A DNA stretch of 62,153 bases, the filler included, from Choristocarpus tenellus KU-1152 (lineage: Eukaryota > Protista > Phaeophyceae): the NCBI GenBank assembly GCA_964200185.2. It is 13 parts of 13 records of this genome, joined end to end, with 100 filler letters (N's around TTAATTAATTAA, not from the genome) between each part and the next. Parts side by side here need not be neighbours in the genome. Positions count along the whole stretch, not along the records: positions 50,548 to 54,475 come from CAXNAD020017093.1; positions 54,576 to 57,703 come from CAXNAD020022123.1; positions 57,804 to 62,153 come from CAXNAD020014975.1; 10 more parts are not named here. One strand, written 5' to 3'. Positions 50,609-62,153 of this stretch are shown here, in pieces; the stretch's first letter is position 1, and the number at the start of each line of letters is the position of its first letter. The position numbers were made by a program, and so were the translations under genes. The notes under the pieces were generated by a model that saw nothing but the letters and a program-made list of their open reading frames with translations, ran no database searches and was not told where the DNA came from.

Positions 50609-53600
50609 TATTCTTCTTCCCAATGTTCTAGATCAGATCGGAGTGCAGTTGATAGCATTTTCATTTCGAAAGGAGATTCGGAGTCAAAGTCGCCCACTGG
50701 CAATTTCCCAGAATAATCCTTTAGAAGATGAAATGGTACAGCGGGGAATTAAGGCAGAACGGATCTTTGACAATCTTATCGAAGAATTATCCAATCGTAG
50801 CAACCAGTATGCATTTGTCCCAACCAATCAAAATGCTACAAAATCTGCGGCATACAAAGATAAGACATCCCCCGCTTTAGGTAGCATGGCCAACGCTCGC
50901 GCTATGTTTGCAAGCATGTCCGACCCTTTGTCTGCCCCAGTTGAAGCGCCGATAGGAGGAAAGGAACTGGAACTACCCCAACACAGCAAGACATCCTTGT
51001 CGCGAGAGGTGCCAAGCCAGAATCCACCACCACACCAAGAGGTGGTCAACAGTGTGTTGGCAGCCCTCGCACCGATGCTCCAACCTGTTCTGTCCCAAAA
51101 CACCCTGCCCACTGTCTGTGCTACGCTGACAAACCAACCTGCTTCTGCTCCTGGGAAACATGGGACTACGTTCGTTTCGAAGAGAAATGTATCCACACCC
51201 GTTCGACCATCAACCCCTGCCACCCAGTCTGTACCCCGTTCCTCTATAATCACAGACAGAGCGAGCGATGCAGGTCGACACCATTCGGGTAAGGATTTGC
51301 CTTCACCATCTGCTTCCCAAGATGAGGTTGTCGAGTGGCTCAAGGCACATCGAGTTTGCTTTCATGACGCTTTTGGTCGTGATTGCTTCAAGTCTATTGG
51401 CCGCAGGTGTAGGTACACTCATGACGACTCCATAGTTCCTAAAGGTTACTTTGCATATCTTTCCCGAGACAAGCAAAGTACTACCCCAGCTAATGAGTCG
51501 CTTACGATGGTAGCCTTGACAGACTCCCATTTTCATTATCTTGCCGCGATGCAGGACTTAGAGTTCCCGCCACTATCTGCAAGCAGTCCGACCGATTCTG
51601 AAGTACCCGAGTTGCCCTGAGGGTACGCCCTGGAGTCTTCAGCTCCAGGGAACTTAGACACTGTAGCCATAGGAAGCATGACCCCCACACCCACCTCGAC
51701 AATATCCACTGTGTCAACTGCCCAACGAACGAGTCAAGTACGCCTATCTGCACTACTATGGCACCCTCACAAAGTCCGCTCGAGAATGCCTGTACAGATA
51801 CTCCTTGACACAGGTGCAGGAGGTGGGAACTACATTTCGTTTGCTTTTTGGCGCAGTACTACTCTCTGGGGAGGTAGCACAGGCCTACCACACCTTAACC
51901 AAACCGGTAAAGGAACGTTGCATGCAGCAAACCCAAAAGGTTGCAAGATTCCACCTATGCAGTTATTGGGGTCTTGCATACTGCCGATATTGTTTCCCCC
52001 AGAGGATAGAGTTCGCAATGTGACATTTAGGGTAGTGGAGGGCTTACCTTATGGGATGGTTCTAGGAGCAGCATTCTGTAGGCAGAACAAGTGTATATTG
52101 TCATTTAGAGAAAGGGAAGGCTTTCGACCAGCTCCAAACTCACCATGGATACGTTTTGTTCGAGCTGTGACACCCCGATCTCGTGACAACAATACACACC
52201 TGTCAACCCTAGGAGAGTGACAAGCATCAATGACACCCACAACTCGACCATCCAAGTACCACAGACTGCCCCTCAGTAACCCCAGATCAGCTGGATGTAG
52301 AGAACCCCCCTCTGGCACACTCCCTAGATCCCCAAGATGCACTAGTACACTAACTGGTGAACATATACCACCAGAGAAGGAACATGCAACTTTTTTTTTT
52401 GTAGACCCAGAAGCAGGTACCCAAGAGGTTGATCCAGAGGCAGGCATCGCCACGATAGACCTCACCCAAGACAAGGATCCTCTGACCCCATCATTGAAGA
52501 GTCCAGGTGTGGTACCCCTCCCAGTGGATGTAGCGAGGGAGGACGATGGACTCTGCAATAGGAATTGCGTCTGTCAGAAGAAGTAGAACATGTAGAAGGG
52601 TTTGTTAGAAAAGTCTGCAAAGGATTCGTTAAGTGGGCACAACCACAATCCAGACAGTTGGTGGTGATGGAACCCTTATCAGAGCATAACCTGGAATTAG
52701 GGAATGCTGTAGGAGTTACCAGAGGTGTACAATGGTGGAACCCACGAACCCTCATTTATTGCAAGCTGGTAAATACATGCAGTAAACCCAGTAGTATGCA
52801 GGCAGGGCTGCCAGTTGCAAAGGCGATTGCTCTGGATACTCAGGATAGGGAGAGGGTGGTTGCACTCTTTCAGTGACTAACCCAACCCCCCAGAGACCCT
52901 CAAAAAGCACAAGCTCTGCTTGCCCCAAATAGTCCCCAGATAAGGCATTCCCCAGAAGCAGAAAAGACTAGTGACTGCCCGGTAGCAGAAGAGGAAGATA
53001 CCCCTTCTGGTGAAACTGAAGGGATCCGTCATCAATCAGTGAGCCTCAGTGATGCCAACATAGGACAGCTGACACCAGGACAGAAGAAACAGTTGGTGGA
53101 ATCGTTGGAAGAATTTAGAAATTTAGGAGTATTCCCTGAAGATCCCAAACGAGTTCCCCCATGCTCCAGAGGGGTATTACATATACCACTATTAGACGAG
53201 AACTGCACACCCTATGCAGCGAAACAAAGGCGTTTTTCTCCTGAAGAAACACAGATGATTCAAGCAGAGGTTAAGCAGTTGCAGGAACGTGGTATTATCA
53301 GACCCTCTACCTCAGCATGGGCAGCAGCAGTAGTAGCAGTATGTAAGAAAGATGGGACCTTGAGGTTATGCACAGATAACCTCAAGGTAAGGTGCCTTGA
53401 GAAGTGCTGAATTTTAGTTAAGCGTGCTCCGTGAAGAGGCTTCATGTAGAGGAAGGAAGGATGCTTAATGATCTCTCACATAGTGATAGTGGAGGTCTTG
53501 GGAACATTACCAGTATCTTTGATAAGCTTAAGGGTTCAAGCTATTTCACTGCCATAGATTTAGCTCCGGGGTTCTTCCAACTAGAAATAGGAGAGGTAGA

Positions 53601-54358
53601 CAAACATAAGACAGCTTTCCGTGATGCTCATGGACAATTTTAAGAATAGAACAGGTGTGGCTTTAGGTTGAAAATCTTACCTGCAGTATTCTCTAGCTAC
53701 ATGAGAGAGGCATTAAGAGATCTCAAAGGAGAGGGTGTAGAAAACTGGCTAGACGATCGTTTTTGCTATAGCTCATCATTTGATGAACACATGACCAAAC
53801 TTCACCTCCTTCTTACCAGACTCAAGCAATACGGCCTGGCCTGTCTGTCAACTTTCCCAAATCCTCGTGGTGCATGCCCTCACAGGAATTTGTAGGAATA
53901 AAGGTAGGTAGAGATGGCTTGAGCCCTGCTCCATCGAAAATGATAGCAGTAGCAAAACTTGACCCCCCATCTACAGTCGAACAGTTAAGGAGTTTCCTAG
54001 GCATGACAGGATACATGTGACAGTTTGTTCCGAACTATGGCCAAATAGCTGCACCTCTGACTGACATCCTCCGGAACAAAGGGTATGCTTCCAAAAGAGC
54101 AAGAAGAAGAGTGTCCCTTGGGGACCAGAGGAGCAGAAAGCCTTTGAAGAACTTAAGGTGTGTCTGGTCTCTCCACCTATCCTAGACTTTCCTGATTGGG
54201 ATAAAACGTTCCTCCTTCATACAGATGCTAGTGAGGAAGGGGCTGGAGCAACCCTGACCCAGGTGCAAGATGATGACCAAGAACTTGTCATAGCATATGC
54301 TAGCCATAGATGGTCTAAAACAGACAGTAGGATAGCACCCACAGAAAGGGAATGCATG
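50609..54358 (+). mobile_element. Ty3/gypsy gag-pol (Gag, protease, RT, RNase H), decayed in pol
   Basis: Gag to the TGA at 51618 with a CCCH finger; protease LLDTGAGG (~51800); RT IRPSTSAWAAAVV.V.KKDGTLRLC, IDLAPGFFQ, KTAF, WLDD; RNase H LHTDAS..GAGATL...IAYAS...TEREC. Several stops and frameshifts. Confidence 0.95.
51618..51666 (+). promoter_or_regulatory. Putative stop-codon readthrough signal at the gag-pol junction
   Basis: TGA, spacer GGGTACG, stem CCCTGGAG (51628-35), loop TCTTCAG, stem CTCCAGGG (51643-50). The frame continues without a shift into protease. Confidence 0.6.
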
Positions 54359-54475
54359 GAGCCAAAGTATCTTAGAGGGTAGAGCCGCGTCCACTTGGGG
54401 GCCAAAATCAAATGTTGCAATTTTGATGTAATTTTGACTATCGTGTATGTAAGAAAGTGTCAATATCCATGTTTG
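54359..54475 (-). mobile_element. MITE family A inserted in Ty3 RNase H (cut by contig end)
   Basis: GAGCCAAAGTATCTTAGAGGGTAGAGCC directly after the TERECM codons. Confidence 0.9.
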
Positions 54476-54704
54476 NNNNNNNNNNNNNNNNNNNNNNNNN
54501 NNNNNNNNNNNNNNNNNNNTTAATTAATTAANNNNNNNNNNNNNNNNNNNNNNNNNNNNNNNNNNNNNNNNNNNNTCTTTTTTTTTTTTTGTATGGGTGT
54601 TACTCCCCCCCCCTCCCCCCCCCCCCCACTACGTTTGCCACAAATAATTTACTTGTTTTTTTCTGTTTTTTTTTTGTTTTTCACTATTTCGTGTTATTAT
54701 GAAG

Positions 54705-56354
54705 GGGTACAAGGAGCACGCCTGGGGCATGGATGAGCTTTTACCTCTCACAAGGAAAGGTCACACCTGGTTTGGGCTAGGTCTCACCATTGTGAGTCAC
54801 CTAGTCTCTTCTTGTGTGACACTGACAGAGCTAAAATAAATAAAGAGAACAAGATCCGATCACAAACTTTGAATATATATATATATATATTTATTTTTTA
54901 ATTGTTTTTGTATTTTTATTTTTTATTTATTGATATTTCTGACGCTTTTGCGGACTGATCGATTTCCCCGTGCTACTGCTTTTTTTTTTTTGAAGGGGAA
55001 AATAAAAAATATGTTTTTTGGATCCCTTCGCAGATTTTCTTTTTTTTTGAAGTTGATGCCTTCTGCGTGCTGTTGAATTTGTTGTTGTGCGGTTTTTTAT
55101 TTATTTTTATGTCCAAGTGCTTACACTTGGCATATTTATTTATGATTTAGCTCAGCTGTACTTACTCACTTCGCCGCAATGTGTAAAAAAAATAGGGTTT
55201 GATTAAATTGGGTAAAAAAAGAATACTATCAAGGATGTTTTTTGCATGTATTTGCTACATTTTAAATACATTATGAAAATCGTAGTATTTTATAATTGCA
55301 TGTATGTTTATTCTCTTTTTTTTTAATAATTATTTTTGATTTTTTTTTTGTTAGACTAAGCATATTTTTTTGTACTGCAGTAGTAGAAATGAAGAATCAT
55401 TATTATGAACTTTAAGAATATTTCTGTTTTTCATTTTTTGTTTTTAAATTTTACTGTTCTCTGCTTTAAAAAAAAAAGAAGAAAGATTACTTCCTTCAGC
55501 AGGTCATTGAAACTATGTAATCAGCTTTTATTTTTCTTAATGCCATTTCAGTATTACAAAAAAAATGCAATTCCTTCACTAAGCATTTTTTCTTTTTATT
55601 AAAAAAAATACAATTCGTATTGCCTGATGATTTTTGTCATTCTTTTTATTCGTTGTCCTGATCTATCAACCAGTCTCGAGAGTCCCTTCAATATTTTTTT
55701 TCTTATTGTGTTTAATTTTTCTTTTTACAACATGCTCGATTCCTCTTGTTTTTAAATACTTTTACTGGATAATAATAGGGGTATTATCTTATCCCTTGTT
55801 TTTAAATTCTACCATCCTGCTCCTGTATTCAGTTTTGTTTTTTTATTTGACCCTTGAATCAAAAAAACATAATACTGCCGTTTTTTTTTTAATTCCTACA
55901 ATAATTCTTTTTTTTTCAATCTATTTCAGTTTTGAATTAGTAAATTCTTTTTGTCTTTTTTATTATTATTTTTTTTTGAGGTGGATGCCATGGACATTCC
56001 GCAACTCTCGCCACTTTTTTTTTTTTGGAAACAAATGTTCCTTTCATTTATTTATTGTTTTTTCTCAAGATGGATACCATGGAGAGATTCCGTGCTATCG
56101 CTACCATATTTTTTTTTTGTAAAAATTGTTCCTTTCATTTATTTATTATTTTTCTCAAGATGGATACCATGGAGAGATTCCGTGGCTATCGCTACCATAC
56201 TTTTTTGTTGTTGCAAACAACTGTTCCTTTAATTGTATTATTATTTTTTCTCAAGGTGGATGCCATGGATACTCTGTGGCTCTCAGGGGAAATGGAGGAG
56301 TTTAATCACTGCGTTGAATGGATAACCAACAGCCTCGATGTCGGTGTGGACAAG
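54705..56354 (+). CDS. GH47 class I alpha-1,2-mannosidase, 2 internal exons
   Basis: Exons 54705-54791 (GYKEHAWGMDELLPLTRKGHTWFGLGLTI) and 56256-56354 (VDAMDTLWLSGEMEEF...), phase 0, GT-AG. Together they give the GH47 signature AWG.DEL.P...GLT.VD..DTL. Confidence 0.93.
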
Positions 56355-58623
56355 GTATGTTTGATGCAAAAAAGGGTTTGGTAGTGATAGGGAAGGCTAG
56401 CCTCGATGTCGATAAGAAGAAGAAAAGGATCGTAAATCAAAGGATATTTGCATTCGAAGATCATTAAGTATTATTGGATTGGATGAAAAAAATTACATCG
56501 TCTCCTAACAAAAATTAAATTAAATAATTGCTAAAAAAAAAAGCATTAAAAGAAAATGATAATTTCGAGGTTAAAAAAAATAAATGATTTTTTTTTTTAA
56601 ATCCGCAAGAAGATATTTTAGTCGCCCCTCCCTCTTTTTTTGTAGGTAGTGTATTTTTTTTTAATTATAAGAAGGTATTGTCTTTGTCTTTTTTAAAATT
56701 ATAACAAAGTAGAGTCTTTTTTTTAATTATAACAAAGTAGTGTTTCATTTTAAATATAAGAGAGCAATGTTTTTTTAAAATTATAACAGAGTAGTGTCTT
56801 TGGGGTGAAAATTTTCAACTGCGGTGAAGGGCTTACCGGGGAAGGTTTATTTTTTTTATTTTTAATGTTTTTTATTATATTTTGTTGTGTCAGTTGATTC
56901 CTTTCAGTTCGACATTATTTTTTTTTTTATTGTGCATGTTGTATTTTACTTTATTTTTTTTTATTATTATTATTATTGAAAATTTGTTGGAAAGTAGAGT
57001 GCTGTGGAGGGGAGTTGGAGGGTGTTATATTTTACTTTATTGTATTATTATTATTATTGAGAAGTTGTCGGAAGTGGTGGTTTGAAGAAAGTGGAGGGCA
57101 CTATTTTATTTATTTTTGTTGCTTATTTTATCTGTACATTGGTATGAAGTATGGTCAAAGGTAGTGTAGAGGAGAAAAGCAAGAAATACATAAACACACA
57201 CACACACACACACACGACCACTTTTTAAATTCTACTCAAACCGAGATAAATGAAATATACAATTTTTTTATTATTATAGATTTTGACAGAAGTGACACAT
57301 TGTTTTCAATAGTGCCTTTCATTGCCTGTGTGTGTGTGTCTGATAGCTTTGGATGTGAGGAGAGACTTACCAAATAATAAATTAAATCAAGACGAACAGT
57401 TACTATCCACATTTTATTTATTATTATTATTATTTTATTCCCGAAAAATGAAATCCACTCATTCCAATACACATTTTTACATTTATATATATATATATTA
57501 TATGTAATTTTTTATGTTTTCGCTACCGATTTCTCATAAAATCTTTCTCAAAATCCACAAAAAAAAATATTCTCTCTGTAAAAAGAAAAGGAAGAAAACT
57601 ATTTTTTTCTTTAAAGCAAAAAAAAGATAAGGATCGTAGCATCCTAGAGGTGGGGAGGGGGGGTCATGTGTCCTTCTTTTTTTTTTCTTCTGTGTCCTTG
57701 TCGNNNNNNNNNNNNNNNNNNNNNNNNNNNNNNNNNNNNNNNNNNNNTTAATTAATTAANNNNNNNNNNNNNNNNNNNNNNNNNNNNNNNNNNNNNNNNN
57801 NNNCAGGCTGTTGACAGACGTACTCCTACTGTTGGCTGTATATAAAACTCACTGACAGATAGGAATGTTGCAGTTTGGTGCAAGGGATATGTGTTCCAGA
57901 GCAACGACGCACAGCAATACAAGCTTCAAAGTAGAAATGTTTAAAGGAACGACAGTATTCGATCAATGAAACTAAGACAAGCGTATCCTCCTTTATTTAA
58001 AAGGTTGGGCCAAGTTTTGGATGTGCTTAGGGTGTACGACTATAGTATCTGTAAACTATAAATTCCCAAACGGTGCTATCGTAACATCTTAAAAGCGCCC
58101 CATAATGGTGAAGGTAAAACATGATAAGAGTTCTGATGTTCACCTTCGCTGTGCTAAAAGGACAATATGCAATGTTAGGCATCAGAGTTGAGTTTAAACG
58201 TTGTCAGCTTTGCTTCGCATCAGAAGGACTGTTTATGGTGTGAAAAGGTGTCATCCCGCTTAATGCTACGCTTGTGTGTATGAGGTGTGTTCTGTCGTAA
58301 AAAATATTGGAAAAACGAGATCAACATGACAACACAAATATTGAACCAAAGCCGATTCACAATTTGGCAAGAGAAGGACACATTGGACTTGATCACGTCG
58401 AATATTTCACACCCTCGACATATGCATTGATTTTGTCTTTAGTTATGGTTACCCTGTCAGTTATAATCTTCCAATTCCAAAGGTACAACTGCAGAGTCGA
58501 TAAATATAAATGTTGGTCCAGACCGTGCAAATCTGGTTGTTCGACACATTACGCAAGGACCAGATATAACAATGTCAGCGAAAAATACACTCTTTCTTTA
58601 AGTTCGACCTGAAACCAAAAAAT

Positions 58624-61600
58624 CTACTTGAGCTCGTGTGCATGTGTGAAGTCGCACCTCCCTTCCTTCCACCAATCTATTAGCTTTGGGTAAACCTCTG
58701 TCAACACATGCCAAAGATTAAGGGGGGATGAGTGCTTGTCATTCCACAGTTCTGCCTCGACACGAGCGAGAAACACAGCTTTTCTCGCTCCGAGTGCTTC
58801 TATGTCGTCGGCACAAAGTGTCTTCTTGACATTACCCACACCACGGCACAAGCCATCGAGGATTCCCCTGTGCACGTAGCACTGATTGCCAAGGACAAGA
58901 AGATTCGCAGATTTGCCAGCCTGCATCAACCGGAAACCGTGCTCATGAATAACCTGTTGAAGGACACAGGTTTGCACACGATAATATGTTGATGAAGATA
59001 GGTTTGCCGAGCGGAGGAGTTCATCCGCGCAAGCCTCAAGGAATCGATCTGTCATTCCGATGTTAAACTTACCATCGTCCGACATGGGCAGTTCGTCTTC
59101 GCTGTCGGGCAAGTCCACATCACTCCCCTTCGACTCAGATCGGGTGTTCTGGGATGATGTCTCCCCACCGCCATGCACTTGAGAGAATATATTATTCAGC
59201 AAGGTTGCTGGCGGGGTCGCAGACAAACGCTTTCCCTTGCGAGTGGGAATGCGTTTTTTGGGAGTAGATCCTTGTGTGGATCCCGAACCACCGACAACAG
59301 GAACATCCCCGGAAGGCCTCCTTCGCTTAATGGGGGGTGATCGACAGTATGCATCGACCTCTTCGACACTAACCTCTCCACTTGCTGAAGAACCGTCATC
59401 GCTCTCGTCATGCTGGACTGATTCCACTTTACGTGTCTCGGTCGTCCGACGCTGTGTGGGTGGCAACTGCATTTCTTCCATGTCGGAGTCGATAGCATCC
59501 CTCCCAAGAAGAGGGGAGGTGCTGACACCCTCGGGCGCGTCCAGATTGCCGCAAAGTCCCCTGTCCTTTTGTTGCACACTGTTAGCGTCTGGCCACCACT
59601 TGGGACATAGTTTTGCCAGATCGCGTGCAAAGCCTTCCTCCTTCTCAGGGTCACGATTCCCCTGCAGCATGGCAAATGCGTGGACCGCCGCCCCTGGGTT
59701 CAGAATCAGAGATGACAAGCCATCGTTGAACGAACTCCTCAGCTTGGCCCATGCATCGTCGGTATGATGTACCACACAAGTGGTGTTCCCTGACGCTATG
59801 ACAACACAGGTGGCACGCCTAGAATCTGGAGCGGTGTGCAGAACGGATGTCAGGAGTGGAGAGCGAAGAGTATCTAGTGTGTCCTCGTGGGGGTTAGGAG
59901 AACTTGTAAAATGTTGCATTAGTGTTAAAACACGTACAAGGGGTCCTTAAGGTGAACTCGTTACTTATTTTTGTGCGGGAAGTGAGGAACATGTACATAG
60001 AACATACTTATATATGGGGCAGTTAGAACGAGTTTCGAGCTTCTCTTGCACGACATCCTTATGGTTATCTTTGACTTTTTGAGATTTCAGGGGGATGGGA
60101 AACAGACGAGAGTCGTGCATGTGTCAGTGCTATCTACAAAGAAAGAAAGGGAATGGGTTCTATAACATTATCCATTCATAGAAATGGTAGACTAGGTTGC
60201 GTGTCAATACCCTATGACACTGTTGACTAAACCCATTTCAGGTCTGATGGTACTTCTCTTTGCAATAGCAGTATTAAATGCATTGATGCTCAATCACTGC
60301 TCCATTTATCATCATTTCATTAAACGCGTATTTCGAGTTGCTTGACCTCACCTCCTAGTCCTTTCGGGAGGGCAATACCCTCGGAGCCTTCTACAATCTT
60401 CAGGAAGATGTCACCTTTTTCAACACTTTTCATGATCAATCTGCTTCCAACCTTTGAATCACAGGGGTGGGGTGTACGTAAGAAGTAAGAACGGGTTCGT
60501 TAGAGCGCGCAGACGTCAATTAAGTTGGTACCAGAGTCCGTGTAAGTCCTACCTAATACGCATACGGGTGATATAAGATTTAAAAAAGAACGCACTCAGG
60601 CGAGAAAGTTGAGAGTGTAAAAACGTCAACACATGGTACTAATTACCTCCTCTGATAGGATGTATGGTTCTTTCGCAGGTTCCTCCGTAGATGGAGGGTT
60701 ATAATTCCCTGCCACAGTGGGGTCGATTCCGAGCTCATATTGGAGCTTGAGTTCCTTCATCTGCTGCACTGCCACCTCCAGAACAGCCTTCTCGATGAAG
60801 ACTTCCCTCATGTGAATACGTTTGGTGTATGCGAGTTCCTGTTTCTGGCTGCTAAATGGGAGTTGGTCTGTGTTTCCGTCGGAGGGGCTGGACCCCTTCA
60901 TAGTTCTTTCGTTGCCTTTATTCTTCCCTTTCGAGGAAGGTTTCTTTGCCTACTTGGTGTGCTCCTTCTTGGGACGGACACCCTTGAGTGTTCTTGAAAA
61001 CTGAAGGAGGCGAATTGCATATGGAGTGGCGAGGGACAGAAGTAGGATATTGTGGGCATTTTCTTCCTCAGTGTAATACTTTGCCGTATAATCAGGTACT
61101 GACTTGGAGTGCAGAATGTGATATCTATCTCGTAAAAGTGCGATTAGCAGTATGCACGAATGCGTACTCGTTCTACATTGTCGGTATACTTTGGGGATAT
61201 AAGGAATGCTGAGCACAACCGATCACACCAATAAAGGAGCAAAAATTCATTCCGTTGTGTCGTGTTATAGCTTTGTTTTGACAACATGCGCTTTGAATAT
61301 ATCTTACATCGAAAATCAGATTGAAAATCTTGATGTTAAAACAAACGACTCTCTGTGCCGAGTATGTTGTGAGGATTTCGGTCTTTGTGCATGTGCTGTG
61401 GATGATGCAGTGGGCAAAGCAGTGATCGGTGCGGGGATAGTCATCTGTACATAGGGTCTACGAAAAATCCTTGCGGTTTTGAGGCTTACCCATTCTTCCG
61501 GAAAGCTTTCTTTCCCGGACACGTAGGAGAGGGAGAGCAGTTCAGTTGGTAACTTTTCCGCCGCCTTCTCCGCGAACATAGCAGCGGCTACCTCAACGAA

Positions 61601-61714
61601 ATCCTTCCACTTATAGCCTCGCGGTGAGTCCTCTCCGAGGATGCCAGGGTCTTTCGCACCCAATAGGTCGGTGCACATTCTGGTAAAGTATTGCATCCTC
61701 GTCTGTTTCTGGAG
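58624..61714 (-). CDS. Unknown multi-exon gene or pseudogene with a large terminal exon
   Basis: A 1.2-kb open terminal exon (~59819-58624) with an acidic/basic low-complexity linker and a globular-looking C-terminus. Candidate upstream exons ~61714-61400, ~60949-60647, 60451-60352 and ~60133-60008; one phase conflict is unresolved. No family recognised. Confidence 0.5.
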
Positions 61715-62153
61715 CTACGCACGGGGAGGGACGAGGATAATGTCTTAGTTGATGGTGGCGTCAAGATACGATGCGAAGTACGCGGAACATAAAGGTGGTG
61801 GGGGCAGCGAGAGTCGCCACCGAGTGTGAGATCAACATGGAACCTTTGTCGTAAATATGCTAATAGCACTATGTACGGAATGGACAAGATGGAGGGACAC
61901 GCCAATTTCAAACAGGAACGAGGAGATGGGTCTATAATGGAGATTTGCAGTCAGTGGACACACCTTTTGATTTCGTCCTGCCAGAATGAATGATACCCTG
62001 TGGTACCATTAGGATCATATATGTTCGATGATGGGGGCCGATCGTGCTTCGGAAACAAACTTTGCTCTACATGAGGTCTCTGGTGGAAAAAAGACGGAAT
62101 CAATCTGGAAAGCGCAGTGTGTGCCCTGAAAGTAACAATTTCTTCGATCGAAA

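Noticed and set aside
52218-52229. Second readthrough site TGA-CAA in pol
   Set aside because: No downstream structure seen; equally explained by CGA>TGA decay in a pol with many lesions.
55634-56232. Phe/Leu-rich membrane-like ORFs
   Set aside because: T-rich intron of the GH47 gene.

Overview
This is not one locus. It is 13 short contigs joined by artificial 100-nt spacers (N-run/TTAATTAATTAA/N-run), so adjacency across spacers is meaningless. The DNA is eukaryotic nuclear and TE-rich. Spliceosomal introns, a ciliary meckelin gene, TTAGGG repeats and the style of the RTE and Ty3 elements suggest a flagellated stramenopile, probably brown-alga-like (inference). Host gene fragments reconstructed exon by exon: a kinesin-3 (6 exons), a BTB-BACK protein (3 exons), meckelin/TMEM67 (5 exons), the last exon of a D-2-hydroxyacid dehydrogenase, a GH47 alpha-1,2-mannosidase (2 exons), an intact tRNA-Asn(GUU) and an unknown multi-exon gene. 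The rest is mostly decayed mobile DNA: Ty3/gypsy, Ty1/copia, RTE and CRE-like LINEs, a probable Mutator transposase, and two abundant MITE families sharing TIRs. Most short ORFs in the supplied track are noise. Best leads: (1) a Ty3 gag-pol junction with one in-frame UGA followed by a 7-nt spacer and a perfect 8-bp stem, resembling the MuLV readthrough signal; (2) about 27 short TTAGGG/CCCTAA tracts confined to the introns of one gene, several lying at branch-point positions, plus a TIR element that carries such repeats; (3) a TRIM-like LTR element whose PBS is a ~55-nt copy of mature tRNA-Ser(GCU) running from the CCA to the anticodon loop.
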